The translations under genes were made by a program, and so were the position numbers. Positions 10,331-24,433 of a DNA stretch of 64,000 nucleotides are shown one piece after another; within the stretch, counting starts at the first letter, position 1, and each line of letters starts with the position of its first letter. The DNA is from Octopus sinensis (taxonomy: Eukaryota). The notes under the pieces were generated by a model. The model saw only the letters and a program-made list of their open reading frames with translations. It was not told the DNA's origin and ran no database searches. The stretch is from assembly GCF_006345805.1 (NCBI RefSeq), contig NC_042998.1, positions 40,858,001-40,922,000 of the forward strand. The letters run 5' to 3'.

Positions 10331-13174
10331 TGGCTGACTTATCTGAGAAGAATCTTAGTCTTTATGATGCAATGTTGTTATATTGGTGGCATTGCCAAGA
10401 GACATTACCATAAATTGTGATGCTTAGCATTTGTAACAACTTTGAGGATTTGAATTGTTTGTTGGTCATAATGTGAATGAGATACAAAACTGTTTTGTTA
10501 GAGCTTTGAATTTCCATTGTTCATAAAGGTAGCGCAAATTCAGTATGAAGTGTTTAGGTTGTATGCAGAAGGTTGAGGAGAAGTGAAGAATGGTATCAAC
10601 TATATTACTACACAAAGCTTACTTCACTGGCTTAGAAAGAAAATGCCACTAAGTTCACAATAGAGAACATTCTTTCTTTATAAAGCTGCCCAATAATTCA
10701 ATATTGAGTGGATTTTAGAAACTGTAAAGTTCTTCATATATATTTTATTTAGCTGATTATAGTGCACAGTCAGATAGTACAAGTACTGATAAAATTATAT
10801 TCGGTAATTTTTTGAAAACTAGGCAATTTGCCAATGGGTTTATGATGTCTTTGAGTTAATGCAACTTAGTATACAAATTGGAAGTCATCTTAGCACTTTT
10901 TTATGATGTGTTTGCGTATATATTATCACTTCAGCCAATTTGATATATTAACCATTTGAATACAAAACCTAGTAGAGTTTCTACACTAAAGAAGGCAGAA
11001 CTATTTATACAGATGCGGAAAGGAATAAGGTGTTCTTACATAAAACTTTGTAAAATATATATGAATAGAGAAATGTGTGTGTGTGTGTATGAAGTGAATA
11101 GCTGTTTCTTTTTAGCACAAAATAGTAAGTTAATTGATTATTCCATTTGTTTCATAAGGGTTAACTAATAATTGCATCATTTAAGAGATTTAAAAGTACC
11201 CAAGTAAGTAGATAGCCAGAGAAGATGGCTTATTGTAATTTAAAGAGTTCTCCTTGCACTCAGTTATATCAAGGTCCATTTATGTCTTCTAAGATTCACA
11301 TAGGCTTTTTCCAAGTTAATATATTACCAGTAATGTACTGGTAGCGGTCATATTAATTCTCTTTGAAAAATAATGGCTGTTTGATTTGTTAAATGAAAGC
11401 AATAATAATGACAATTTCAAATATTTTAGATATGGATTTGGTTGCATTAAAACAAAAGAAAAAATCCATCCCAAAATTTTTAGATCCATGTGTGTGTGGT
11501 GGAATGTTCGGATTACCTGAGCTCAGCAAGCTAGGTTTCTATGACAAGCCTATGAAACTTTAAACAGGTCAAACTGTTTTAAAATAAAAATATATATATA
11601 TATATAATTTCTACTTAATGTATTGAGTGCCACTTTCTTTCGTTTGTCCACTCATATTTATATATATTTGGTTGTAAATATTTTTTATGTGAAAAGTTTA
11701 AAAACTGTGTTAGATGGAATTTACTATAGATATTTGAGGTACACTATCTTGGAACTTTAAAATATTTAACTGTATAAATATTTAAGAAAGTATTTGTTAG
11801 TTATAAATTTATAATATTTGACATATCAGCACAAAAGTTAATTTCATCATTCAAGTTACATTCATATTTTTAAAACTTACTTCATGTAGTTCCAGCATTC
11901 ATAAATAAATAGGAACTAAATAGCAATCTGATAAATAAATGAATGAATATTTAATCAATAGTAGGTTGATCTATGGATTTAATTAATTTTCCCAAAGAAA
12001 TTGGAACAAATTGCCATTTAGATCTTTGTTTCATTTTCTTTAATTTAGTCTTTGTTGTACATTTTTTTCCCATGAGGATTAGACTTCATTCTTCTCAACA
12101 ATATCAAACTCTTTTACCATCCATTCAACCGATAATTTGCTTGTACTGATCTTCATTCTCTTTATTACACAACAATTTGAGTAAATCAGCTTTCCATTGA
12201 TTTTTATATCAGAAAGCCAGAAATATAACAATTTTATGGCCTTGATATTGAGACTATTGTTTTGGAAGCTAGATGTCATTTTTGCAGTTAACTACTTATA
12301 GAAAGAGCAACTTTTGTCAGCTATGTAAAATGAAGCAATCAGGCTCATATGCTTTGCTCATCAGCTGTTTCAGCTGTTGAAAATAACTCTTATTTTTCTC
12401 TCAAAATTTACACTTCTTAGTAAGTCTCATTTCATTGTTGTTTAGATCAAGCTGGCCCTGACTATGTAGAGCTTTGATCAAAGGCATTCATGCTTTGACT
12501 ATCTTATGTTTTCGGGAATAGTGAACCCCCAGATTACTTTATCTAATATGTCCTATTTTAGGGTGGTTTGGTATTGTTTAAGGAAGATGTCATTGCTATT
12601 TCCTGCAGATTGAACAATCATATAGAGGCTTCCTCGTGGGTTTATAAAATAAAATCTCTGAAAGGAATTGGATTCTGTATTAAATTAAATTTCTTTGAAT
12701 AAATCAGTAATATGATTTTTGATGCATTAGATTAAAATTACTTTGATGCAGTAGTCTTTATAACTGTGCATCAACATTGATATCGTCCTTATGTAGCTAA
12801 CAGATTTACTTAATATGGCTCATTGTGATGTTGATCTGCTGGATGTTATACAAAATGAATTTGATTAGTAACTTGCTTCCAGAATTGCATCAACTATAGC
12901 AATTTATCATTTCCTACCATGCTCACACTGACACCGATAAAGATGATTATACACTGCTTCTAACTGAAATTGTTGGCTTTGTCCATATAAAATCTCAATA
13001 CCTTCTGCCAACCTTGCACATTTTCTATGAATGGAAACCTCCAAAATATCCTGCAATGAATGATTTAAACACTAATGCAGTATCACAAAAATATAGATAC
13101 TACACACCTCAAAGAAGCAAAGACAAAATTATGTTGCTTATATTCATACTTTCTACACATTTTATCTTTTATTA

Positions 13175-13592
13175 TTTACCTGTTTCAGTCATTGGCCTGC
13201 AGGCCATGCTGGGGCACCTCCTTGAAGGATTTTAGTCAAATGAATCAACACCAGTACTATTTTTTAAAGCCTGGAACTTATTTTATCAGTCTATTATCCT
13301 GAACTAGTTACAGGGATGTAAACAAACCAACACCAGTAGTAGTGGTGGTGGTGAGACAAACATACACACACATGAGTATGCATGTACTTACACATATATA
13401 TGACAAACTTCTTTCAGTTTCCATCTGCATAATCCACTCACAACACATTGATCAATCAGCCTGAGGCTATCGTTGAAGATACTTCCCCAAGGTGCCACAC
13501 AACAGTGCTACACTCAGAACAATGTAGTTGGGAAGCAGACTTCTGACCACATAACCACTCCAGCATTTGTCACACAGCCATGCCTGTGCCTA
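13175..13592 (-). mobile_element. Main tRNA-derived SINE (family 1), degenerate full-length copy
   Basis: Reverse complement aligns with 24434-24826 from head (GTGGTTATGTGGTCAGAAG) through the internal microsatellite to the tail (GACTGAAACAGGTAAA). Confidence 0.8.
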
Positions 13593-15847
13593 TACTTGGA
13601 AATTTTCAGTAACCTCTTTCCAAAACCTCATATTCTTTGCTTAAATATAGCCTTCATCACAAATGTTAGTTTAGTTTAACGTACTTTATATTACTGTTTG
13701 TGGTGGTATTCTCATGCTGTCTGTCTCTCTCTCTTTCTATCTCTCTTTCTCTATATATATATATTTATTTATCCATATTATTGATGCTTCTTTCCTACCA
13801 TTGATCACTGCCATTCTACCTAACCCCTCAGGTACGCTTATGAATACTTTGCTTTATCTTTCCTCCCAAAAATTGCATGCATCATTTCCCTCCAGTCATT
13901 CACTTATCAGCAAAAACGGATACGCTGACTTCATCTCGCCATTTCTATCACTCACCATTATAGAAAGGTGTAAAAAATTTTAAATACTATCTTGCCATTT
14001 TAGAATTATGAAATAAATTATGTACACACAGATGGAACCTAATCAGTACTTTAAGGCATTAAAGATATGACAGCATAATTATATTCTACATATTGAAAAT
14101 GTTCAGTAAGAGTGGGTCAGTATATTAGTTAGATAACTTTCTTCAGAACACATTACAGGAAACCTGATTGTAGGATGTGCATCAACAGTGATCTAATAGA
14201 ACTTCATAATTTGGAATATTAAGTCCTTGTAGAAAGCTTGAAATACATTGAGTTATGTTACATACTTCAGAAGATAAAAGATAAAGCCCTTGGGAGGTAT
14301 GACAAAAAGAGCAAGTGTCATCTACAATAGCCCCAGGCTGACAAAACTTTGTGAGTGGATTTGGTGGATGGAAACTGAGACCTATGTCTGTATGCACATA
14401 TGCATATTGCATGCTTCTGTCAGTTTCCATCTACCAATATGGGTTTGTTTGTGTGTAATATGTCTCAATGTATCCTTGTCTTCACATCAAGAGATAGTTG
14501 CAAAGGAGTGTCATAACTGTTCAAGCAATGTCATTCATTTTAAATTGTCTATGAAAACATGTCCAATCACAGGGAAGTAGCTTGGAGACATGAATAACAT
14601 TCTAGCTTCAGAAAATCTGTCTCAACACATTCCTTCTGAATGCAAGCATGGAAAAGTGGACATTAAAACAATGATGATAATTTTCTGGTAGATGTCTTTC
14701 TTTTGAACAATATTCATTACATTCATCTAACTCTTCCCACTACCTACTCTGAACATTTTCTCAAGTTACTACATTCAGATCTTGGTTCTGAGCTTCATTT
14801 GTGTAAACAGTAATACACTAAGTTTTGACCTGTAACAACTGTGCCAAGCCTATTTATCTTTATCTTCCTTTTAATCTAAGAAGGTCCTTACTGGTTGTGA
14901 ATATTAGCATTTTTTCATGATTATAATTATGATTGTGTTTGGAGGAAAACTAGTGTTATAATCTGAAAAGTGTTAGTATGAGAGGTTTTGCTAATCTAAT
15001 GAATGCAGTTTAGAATACCAATGATCAAAGAATATATTTGATGTAAAAGGTCAGGAATTACTCTTAATCCTGTGAAGCATTTTTGCTCAAGACAAAAAAA
15101 TTCAAATTTTGAATTCTCATTAAAGATGATGGTATTTAAACCATTGAATATGGAAGGTGTTTGTTGAAACTGATGCCAGGATTTTTCCTGGAAAGAAGCA
15201 TTATTTGTATTTTGATTAAATATGTTTTGCTGGATCTTGTTAGATATGGTAAACATTTTCATTAATGGAAAGTTATTTTAAATAGCTGTAGATATTAGTA
15301 GAGGACAGAACCTTTTACTGAAATGTGAGACAGGAATGAGGTATAATGTTATTGTTTTAAGCATTAAGTGATGTAATGCCTGAAAACAGGTACTTGTAAA
15401 AAAATAAGGTTAGAAATTATAGATCTTCAGATGTTTTAGTCAAGATTTTTTATGAAGAAAATCAATGTTAAGTCTATTTTGAATTCAATAAATATTTCTG
15501 ACTGCATGCATGCCACTCAGTCAACCATTCACATTAAGTATAATTGGAAATGCAGTAGTGGTTACAAAAATCTGGAAGTTCACCAGTTTTGAGTAGTTTA
15601 TGCTTCCATTATTCTGTTAATAACTTTGAAAACAGCTAGATTTTGTAATTGAGGACAAAGTTGATATTAGCTGAAGTGAATCAAGAAAGTGAGAAATCAA
15701 AACAAATATTAACTAAGCTGTTCATTACCCATGCATATGAAAAGCTTGTATAAGGGTTGTTCATTGGTAATGGTTCTAATGAAGGTACAGCTTAAATTTT
15801 ATACAATTGAAAGCTTGCCACTTTTTTATAACAAATGAGGAATGTAT

Positions 15848-15906
<59 letters not shown>

Positions 15907-16140
15907 TCAAAGTAAGCAACAAGAATATCTTTGGTAATTTGGTATGATCGTTTCATGCTACATCATTTTATTAAACATTGTAAGTATTACATCAGTTTTA
16001 AAATGTTGAGCAATCATCAGCCATTCATAGAGGTTTTCCATCAATACATATACTTATTTCCATGTTATGGATAACACCGTACAAAATTCTGGTGCATCTG
16101 ACTTAAGTACCATATTCATTTGAATCTAAATTTTGCTGAA

Positions 16141-16184
<44 letters not shown>

Positions 16185-16344
16185 TAGTTGTATACATATA
16201 TATGAATATGTGAAGATATGAAATTTTATATGTATGCATCTAATTGATTATACTTAAAACCTTTTATCCAAGAATTATAACAGTTTCTCAAATGCATTGG
16301 TGTGAAGTGAAAGTTATATATATATATGTATGTATATACATGTG

Positions 16345-17420
16345 TGTGTGTGTGACCAGCCAAAACTGCAAATTTAATCTGGAACTCAACTGACGAAAGA
16401 AAACTCCGAATGACCCTTCCTTGTTTTTCTTGTCCCTTTTTTGTATCATCTGTCTGGATGTTTTGCGTTCCTGTCCCATTTTTCGTATTCTTTATATATA
16501 TGTATATATATATATACATACACATGCATACACACACACAGCTGTTATAGTAATGACTATCAGTGCGACCACATTCTCCTGCAATCCTTGTACAATCCTT
16601 CCATCCTGTCCTCAAATTTTTCTACGCTATTTCCAACACCTCTGTCGCATTTCTCAACATTTTGGTCAACATCTACTCTCACTACCTCCATCCACTACAA
16701 ACACACCAACTTACACTCATACCTTAATTTCTCTTCCTCCCACCCTACACACACCAAGCTTTTCATCCCTTACTCCCAATTCCTCCCTCTACGCAGGCTT
16801 TGCAGTGACAGCCATGACTTTGAGACTCAGTCTCAACTCATGGCTCGCCACTTCATCCTTCATGAATATCCCATCACCACTATCCACACAGCCCTTGTCA
16901 GAGCATGTTCCGTGGACTGTGCCTCTGCTCTCTCTCCCTGCACCTGCTCCACTGTTGCCCATCTCCTGTTTCCCCTCACCTACCACCCCTCCAACGACCC
17001 ATTCTCTGAGCCTTCCAGCAACTCCAGTCTGGCCCCACCACCTTGCATATCATAACCAACCTACCCCTTCCCTCTTTCAAATGAGCCCACAACCTGCGTG
17101 ACCTCCTGGTCCACATTTTCTTTCTTAACCCCCACCTCCCAACATGGCTCATTCCCCTGCTCCCATGCACACCTCTAACTCTCCAACACTACCATCCTCA
17201 CAGGCACCCATTATCGTCCTTATCATATCACTGACTCCTTTACTTGCACTTCTAGCAATGTCATTTACTGTATCTCCCGCTCTTTCTACCCTTCTCTGTA
17301 CTTCAGTCAAATGGGATGCAGTTTGGCTGACTGGTTCATGGAACGCCACCGAGACATTAGATTGGCAATGACTCCCCAGTCTCACACCATTTCCACTCTA
17401 CCAGTCATTCACCACAACAC
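16345..17420 (+). mobile_element. Penelope-like retroelement relic: RT C-terminus plus GIY-YIG endonuclease, with a degenerate hammerhead-like motif upstream
   Basis: ORF 16441-17055 has TSIHYKHTNLHSYLNFSSSHPTHTKLFIPYSQFLPLRRLCSD...F...M...F...YP (PLE thumb motif KPT..YL...S.HP..K..IPYSQ..R.RR.CS). From 17239: FTCTSSNVIYCISRSFYPSLYFSQMGCSLADWFMERHRDIR (GIY-YIG pattern FTCxSxNVIYxIxC..C..YIGxTxRxLxxRFxEH). CTGACGA...CCGAA at 16390-16410. Confidence 0.88.
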
Positions 17421-18079
17421 ACATGCTGATTATTCTTAATTTTTCTTGTTTGACATAAAATACATGAATTAAGTAGGATTAACCCTTTTGGTAAGCTCCC
17501 CACAAATGTTTAATTAAATCTAATCTGTAACAAAGAGAAAAATCATTAGATTTTATAATAATCCTTGTGAAAAAAAGCAATGACTGCAACTTCCAAATTC
17601 ATATTAATTAAAAGTTGAATGTGAGTGTAGAGTGAGGAATGAGCATGATCTGTGGAAAATGCAGTGACAGAGCAAGAAATTCTTTTGGTTTTATTACATT
17701 TCTTCTGCAGAGCGTGGTTTAACTTGTTCTTTTCAAGTCTTAGGATGATTGGGGAATTAGACATTTAGAGAGTAAAGCCTTTAACTAAATAGAGTAATTA
17801 AAATAATGTCTCTAATGTGACACCAACCTAACTTGACATTTTCAGCATCTCTAACAATTTTTTCTGATGGACTTAAAGTTTTAGTGCATGCAAGAAAATT
17901 TAATTTCCAGATACATATTAATACAAACATTTTAAAAATAAGTTAGGAATATTAGTTAAAATACAAACATTCCTAATGAATTTATAATAAAACTGAAACC
18001 TGGGGTTGTCTTCTAATACTTGTGGAAATAATGAAAATAATGTTTGTCATTGACTAATTATTTTTTTTTATCTTTCATC

Positions 18080-18450
18080 CTTACTTGTTTTACTCATTAG
18101 ACTGTGGCCATGCTGGGGCACCACCTTGAAGCATTTTTAGTCAAATATATATCGAACCCTAGTACTTATATTTTTAAAGCCTGTGTTTTATTCTGTTGGT
18201 CTCGTGTGCCAAACCACTAAGTTATGGGATGTAAACACACCAGCACCAGTTGTCAAGCAGTATAGGGGGACAAACACAGACACATATATACATATATACG
18301 ATGGGCTTCTTTCAGTTTCCATCTGCCAAATCCACTTTGGTCAGCCCAAGGCTATAGAAGACGTTTGCCCAAGATGCCATACAGTGGGACTGAATCTGGA
18401 ACCATGTGGTAGGGAAGCAAGCTTCTTACCACATAACCATGACTGTGCCT
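18080..18450 (-). mobile_element. SINE family 1 copy
   Basis: Reverse complement colinear with 24434-24826. Confidence 0.85.
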
Positions 18451-20367
18451 TCATCACAAATTGTTTACTTTTTAGTGTATTAATGCTTCTTGCATAAATT
18501 ATGTTAACAGTTGTGTTTAATAAAAGTTTTGTCTTTTGATTCAAAATCTTAAATAACTTCATGTTAGTGACATCAGTTGCTCAGTTTAAAAATATATATT
18601 CTAAACTTGATGCTTTGAAGCTGAATTTTTGCTACTACATGCATTTTGTTTCTGATATCCATTTAAAAAATTCCCTTCTATATCATTTTCAATATTGAAT
18701 TTATTGTTCTACTTTTTAGAGTTGTGATATGCCACTGTTTAGTTCCATTTAGTTATAATTTGTGACAAGCATGCTGCCCCTTCGTATTTCATTGTTAAAA
18801 TATTGCAAATAACTCTTTCTTAACTATATATCTGGGCCAATAATACTTTGCTAATGTGTCAAAATCAATTGGAAGCTTTCTTCTGTATTTTAATTATTAT
18901 GAATGTTATGAGGTGTTAATGTGTAAATTTCCAATTTATTTTGAGAAATATCAATATTTTCTTTTTTTCTTATTGGAAGCAAAACATAATTCTCAACAGA
19001 TGTGTTTGGATTAATGAAGTTAAGAATAGCAGTTGTTAAATGAACTTAGAGTGTTTTGTAAAAAGGAATATGGTACTTTCCCTACTTGGGAACTTTATTG
19101 AAGTAAAAATATATGCTAGCATAGTTACGTCAGCCATTCATGTTATATTTAAATGGTTTTATGTTAAATATTTAAATCCTAAAAGAATTCAGAAAATTAT
19201 GTTCATCCACACTCATTCTAACAAAAAGAAAGACTTAAAATATCATTAAGTTTATTTGATGTGTGACCGAAAAATTTGAGCAAATGGAGAAAAGGTGTGA
19301 TGATAAAAAAAATGAGATAAGTATAAGATAACTTTAAATGATTTAAGAGTGGCTACATATTGCATCTAGTGGTTATTGGGAGAATGAAGTGACGTAACGA
19401 TTTAGTAGTTAGTGAAATCTGAATGAACAAATATGCTTGTTAAATAGTAATAAAGGCAGGACTAGCTTCATTAAAATATTAGTTGATTTAGTTTTTGACT
19501 AATCCTTAGATTAAAGTTAATAAAGTTAATAATAGAAATATCTAAAAGCTAAATAATTTGAAGGGAACCAGTATGGTGAAATATATATTTAAATTTATTT
19601 ATTAGATTCAAAGTACATCAAGGTTTTTAATAGTTATTGCCTGATAGAATTTCCCATATTTTCCTCATAAACCATTGCACTTGGATAAATTGTAAAAACT
19701 GAAAGGCTATATTTATCAGATAAAGAGGCAAAGCATTGAAACTTTTGTAGATAATGACCCAAGTTTTTGGATAGTGTGCTTTTTCTTTTATAGCTATTTT
19801 AAGCTTACGTTTTTTTTCTTTCCACTTCTCTTTAGAAATAGACCTTTCTAATGAATGTTTTTATGACAAAGATCTGTGAAGTGTTTGAAGATATATTTCA
19901 GATGCACTAACAAGGACATTTGTCAACATTGTTTTCTGTTAATGTTGTATTAAAGGTTAATATATTCAGCATATTTTCATGAGCGAAACCTGATGCTTCT
20001 AGCTCCACACCTACTTAGTATCAAACTTTGAGTACAGCTAAATAGAAAATAGATAGAAAATCTGCTTGAATTAAAAAAGCAAGTTCTTATAAAATTTTAC
20101 AACTTATTGGATTTAGTATACCATTTCCCATAAAATTTTGCTGTGATAATCATGATTTTTAGAAAATTTCCATTGCTAATTTGTTTTTCAGTTCCTTATA
20201 GCAGATGTCTCTCATTTCTCATTTTTGACTAAAGCCTCTTTACTTCACCCTATTCAATCTTAATCATTGCATTCTATTTGAAACATGCTGACCTTAAAAA
20301 ATATTGACACTTCTTTAGAAGTGTACCTCTCCAAGAAAATTATGCTTACTTGTTAAAAAAAGTTGCA

Positions 20368-20944
20368 AAAATGGGAAATATATCCAAAATAAATGAAGCA
20401 TGCAAAAAATTAGGAAGATTCATCTATTTTTAAATATTTTATACTAAAAAATAATATACAGAAAATGGGCACATGCAAATATAAATAAACATGTCAGATG
20501 ATAACTTACTTTTACCAATCAGATATTATTAATGATACAAAGGGCTCGACAATATCATCAGCGAATTGTAAGAAGACCGTTTCATAATCTTTTCCTTAAA
20601 AGTCAGTTTATAACTTATATATACCATTATGTCAAATTTTGTGCCTGAACAGGAAATATCACATCATAAAATGGGTGAAGGTAAAGCAAGTCCACACCAC
20701 CTAATCCTAACCCTAACCAGTGTGTGCAGTAAAAAAAAATCTGATTAAAAACTATCAAGAATTTGCAAAAGTTATTGTCGAGCCCCTCATATCATTAATA
20801 ATATCTGATACATCGTCTGACACATTTGTTTATATTCACAAGTGCTCTTTTTCTGTGTTTTATTTTTTAGTATAAAATATTCAAAAATAGATGTCTTCCT
20901 TAATTTTTGCATACTTCATTTATTTTGGATATATTTCTCATTTT
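20368..20944. mobile_element. Foldback/MITE-like element with ~175-185-bp imperfect inverted arms and an internal CCTAAY repeat
   Basis: Left arm 20368-20554 (AAAATGGGAAATATATCC...GGGCTCGACAATA) vs right arm 20773-20944 (TATTGTCGAGCCC...GGATATATTTCTCATTTT); CCTAATCCTAACCCTAACC at 20700-20718. Confidence 0.8.
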
Positions 20945-21034
20945 CATATTTTTTTTTAGAAATTAGGCATCAAAAAACTATAGTGCTCCAAAGTCCCAGT
21001 ATTTAAAAATGGAAGTAAAAAGCTAAATCCTCTC

Positions 21035-21160
21035 ACTAGGTTCTGGTCAGTCTGGAGCTATAGTAGAAGACACTTACCCAAAGTGCCACAATCATAAAGT
21101 TGGACTGAACCTGAAATCATGTGGTTGAGGAACAAACTTCTTATCTACACATATCCATTC
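21035..21160 (-). mobile_element. SINE family 1, 5' fragment
   Basis: GAGCTATAGTAGAAGACACTTACCCAAAGTGCCAC...GAACCTGAAATCATGTGGTTG...AAACTTCTTA matches the reverse of the SINE head. Confidence 0.75.
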
Positions 21161-21162
21161 AT

Positions 21163-21200
<38 letters not shown>

Positions 21201-21759
21201 TCTGTGTGCTGAATATGGATAAAAAGTATTGGTAAAGTATAGACTTTAAAAATATAATTTGAAAAAGAAAGATAATTCAAAATATCAAAACTGAGATGGA
21301 AAATGTCAAGAAAATATCGAAAAAAAAAGGAAAATAATCATAGAAACAAATTGATATCACAATCTGCATATCACACGGAAAAATATTTTAAAAGTAAAAC
21401 AACCTTACATATGTTGAAGTACAGTACAAAGAAACTAGACTGATTTAATCGCACGTGAAAAAATTCTTTAAAAGAAAACTACAATTTAACTAAGTTGAAC
21501 TAGTATGTTTTTGTATGTATGTATAAGAATAACTAGGCTTGAAGTATAAAATGTCTGAGTGTTGCAAATTTATTTATTTTTGAATTGTTGCATCTTTAAT
21601 AGTATGTAAGCATGGTTTAGTGTAACTATAGTAGCTGTGGTTTCATATCGTTTTTAAAGCTTCAAAATTGTTTTTCGTTATTGTGCTCTGAACTATTTAC
21701 AATAATGTCTTGCTAGTTTATTCAGGTCAGATGTAGTGGCATGCTTCATTACAGTACAT

Positions 21760-22410
21760 TGATGCATTCATCATTTGTTCCAGGTCCTCCTGGGCAACCT
21801 ATTGAGCAGAGTTCCAGTCAGTCCCCATCTCCACAAGATACTTCCTCATTTGCCATGATCATGTAGCATACCAACATGTGCCATCATCTCAGCTGGGTCC
21901 TCAGTGAATAGAACATGCTAAGCAGGGTCTAACTTGGAAAATCAAATAAATGGCTAGGCAGTCTGAGCTGGCACTTCCAAATCATATGTCACAGGACGCA
22001 TCCAAATTTCTAAGTAGAGTCATTTGGTTGGACAGAAAATCTAACCAAATTGTAACCCATAATCCTGCAAAGCATCCTGGTACTAAAGGAGTTCATGTGG
22101 TTCCTAAGGACATCTATAGAGCAGGACAGGGAGAACCAGAGACCTAAAGACTCAAAACTTCGTCCTCCTGCACAGATATTGTGTATTCATTGAATGCTAG
22201 CAGAGCTTTCAGCAGGGGCTCCTTGCAGCCTATGTCAACCTCCACAAGACATTTGACTTAGTGGATGTGCTTTGGAGAATTCTGATTGGGCTGATGATGG
22301 CCTTGTACAGTGCAGTGCAGTTTGGATTGGAGATTCAACATCTGACATTTTCCCAGTTATATCTGGGGTCTGTCAGGGTCGTGTCTTGGCTCCTGCTCTG
22401 GATTGGATTG
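21760..22410. mobile_element. RTE-type LINE relic with an inverted junction (C-terminal part on -, RT part on +)
   Basis: + strand 22190-22410: QQGLLAAYVNLHKTFD..LWRIL...GLMMALYS and FPVISGVCQGRVLAPAL. - strand 21760-21990: WKCQLRLPSH... resembling the RTE RxRQLRxxGH C-terminal segment. Confidence 0.55.
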
Positions 22411-24433
22411 GCTAGTTAATCCACAAACAAAAAATTCAGCCTTAATGCTGTAATAAATTTTATTGAAGAGTAAAATTATTGTGAATTTCTTTAAGTCCTT
22501 TTCAAAATATCTTAAGGAAATGAGTTATAAAGATTTTAAGAAAGTTTATGAGAAATGCACCGACTAATTAACATGCTAGGTGAATACAATCTGTTAGCAA
22601 TAAGACTTCTTTAAAAAGACTTTATTTTATCATCGATAAGAATGTTGATGTGGCAAGATGCTTTGATTAAAAAACAATTATTGGCTGAGGTGACCCCCAA
22701 ACATGTACTGATGATTTTAGAAAAGAAATGACACACAAATTAAGTTTCAAAGACTTGTATTGAAAAATGCAGGTTGCAATGCAGGTTTACCTACCTCTAG
22801 TATAACTATGTACATTGTGAAACATCATTATCATTATTTTTATCTTCACTTGCCATGCTGACATGCATTAGATGGATTATTACAGTCCATGTCCACTTCT
22901 GCTCAGACTTAACTGTTCTCCTAGATAGGTCAGGATGGGAAGTACATCTTCCCTGTTTTGGTAGGGTTTCTTATAGTTCTACATCAACTGTTTTACAGAG
23001 TGTATTTTATCATGGTACCAGCACTGGAGAGATTGCCATGTTCTCAAGAAGACATAACTAAATCTCTTGCTTCTATATTGGATAAATTGCAGATGCAGTA
23101 TTAAAGAAAAGTTGATTGCAATACCAAACCTTGTAGTGTATTGTATTCTAGTCTCATATTTTGATTTAAATTCCTTTATTACATTAATTAGCAAATTCCT
23201 TTGATATCTGATTGCTCAAATTGTTTAAAAGACTAATGATTCAGTGTATGAACTGTAACTGAAAGATCCACTATAGAAGCAACTGAAAAGCAATTTTTTC
23301 TTGAACTTCTCAGAGATATTGCATAATCTTAATAATCTGTGTTGATATTTTGAAGAATATAAGTTATTAAATTTTCATTTAGAAGAAGTTGTAAAACCAT
23401 CACAATTTAAATTGGTAAAAGATAAACCTGAATTCCAAAGGAAAATTGTCACCTGAGTTATAAACATTGATGTAAAAATTAATCATTTTTACAAAATTAA
23501 GTTTTCAAGATTTCTTTTGTGGCTTTTAACTTGTATTTCACTCTATCTTCTATATCTTAGTAATTTCCTTTCTTTCATTTACTAAATTTTTCCCTTTCAA
23601 AATTCTCATATTTAACCAGCTTATTTCCCATTAATACATGCAAAAAAAAAAGGAAAAAAAAAAGGTTATTGGAAATAATAGTAATTTTACTTTGAAGCAA
23701 TTAACTATGATTTATTTTGGTTGTGGGATGAAAGTAATGTTAGAAAGACTCGAAACTATTTGTGAAATTACAAGTTCTAAATTCCTGGAAATTACAGTGA
23801 TTCAACAGCAAGGTATTTTAATATCTCATACAGGGGATTTCCGTTGAAAGGCCTTGTTATCCAGTTTACAATTTCTCTTAAATCCAAACAATTTCTTAGC
23901 CTGATTGCAGTATGAGAAACATGGAATTTAAATGCATTCCTATTGATTGTGTTAGTATAAATTTTGCTTTCTTAATTTCTAACAATTTTTGGGTGCTATT
24001 TGCTAATTTACTTTTTATTACTACTGAAGTCTAAATTATTGTAGAATTTCATTTTATTCTGCATTGGAAAGTAGTATATGAAATTGAAATAATTATTATT
24101 AATATAGTTTTTGTTCTACACAATTATATGTAAGAATCCTAAATATGTGCTGCAAAAAGCTTGCATGTTGTTTAGCCCCATGTCAGTCTTAATTAATCAG
24201 ACCAAAAGCATTCAGCTGTGATCATTCCAGTTCATTTGGTCTAATGGATTTTGGACTATACCATTTAGTGTGTCATTCCATTCTTATGATGATAGGTGTA
24301 AGTTATGGGTTATTTAGCTGCTGTTTCTACCACATAGATTCTCGTTAGTTACATGATATATTTTGAATTTTTTCATTGCAAGAGAAGTTAACACGAAAGG
24401 TAACTGGTGAAGTTACACTGCAAATATTTTCAT

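Noticed and set aside
11236-11545. Two ATG-led phase-1 mini-exons (MAYCNLKSSPCTQLYQ and MFGLPELSKL)
   Set aside because: Donors GTCCAT and GTTTCT are poor and there is no promoter signature; expected by chance.
13650-18461. Shared 15-mer GCCTTCATCACAAAT next to two SINE copies (13650-13664 and 18447-18461)
   Set aside because: One or two 15-mer matches are expected by chance in 64 kb of AT-rich DNA, and homology does not extend.
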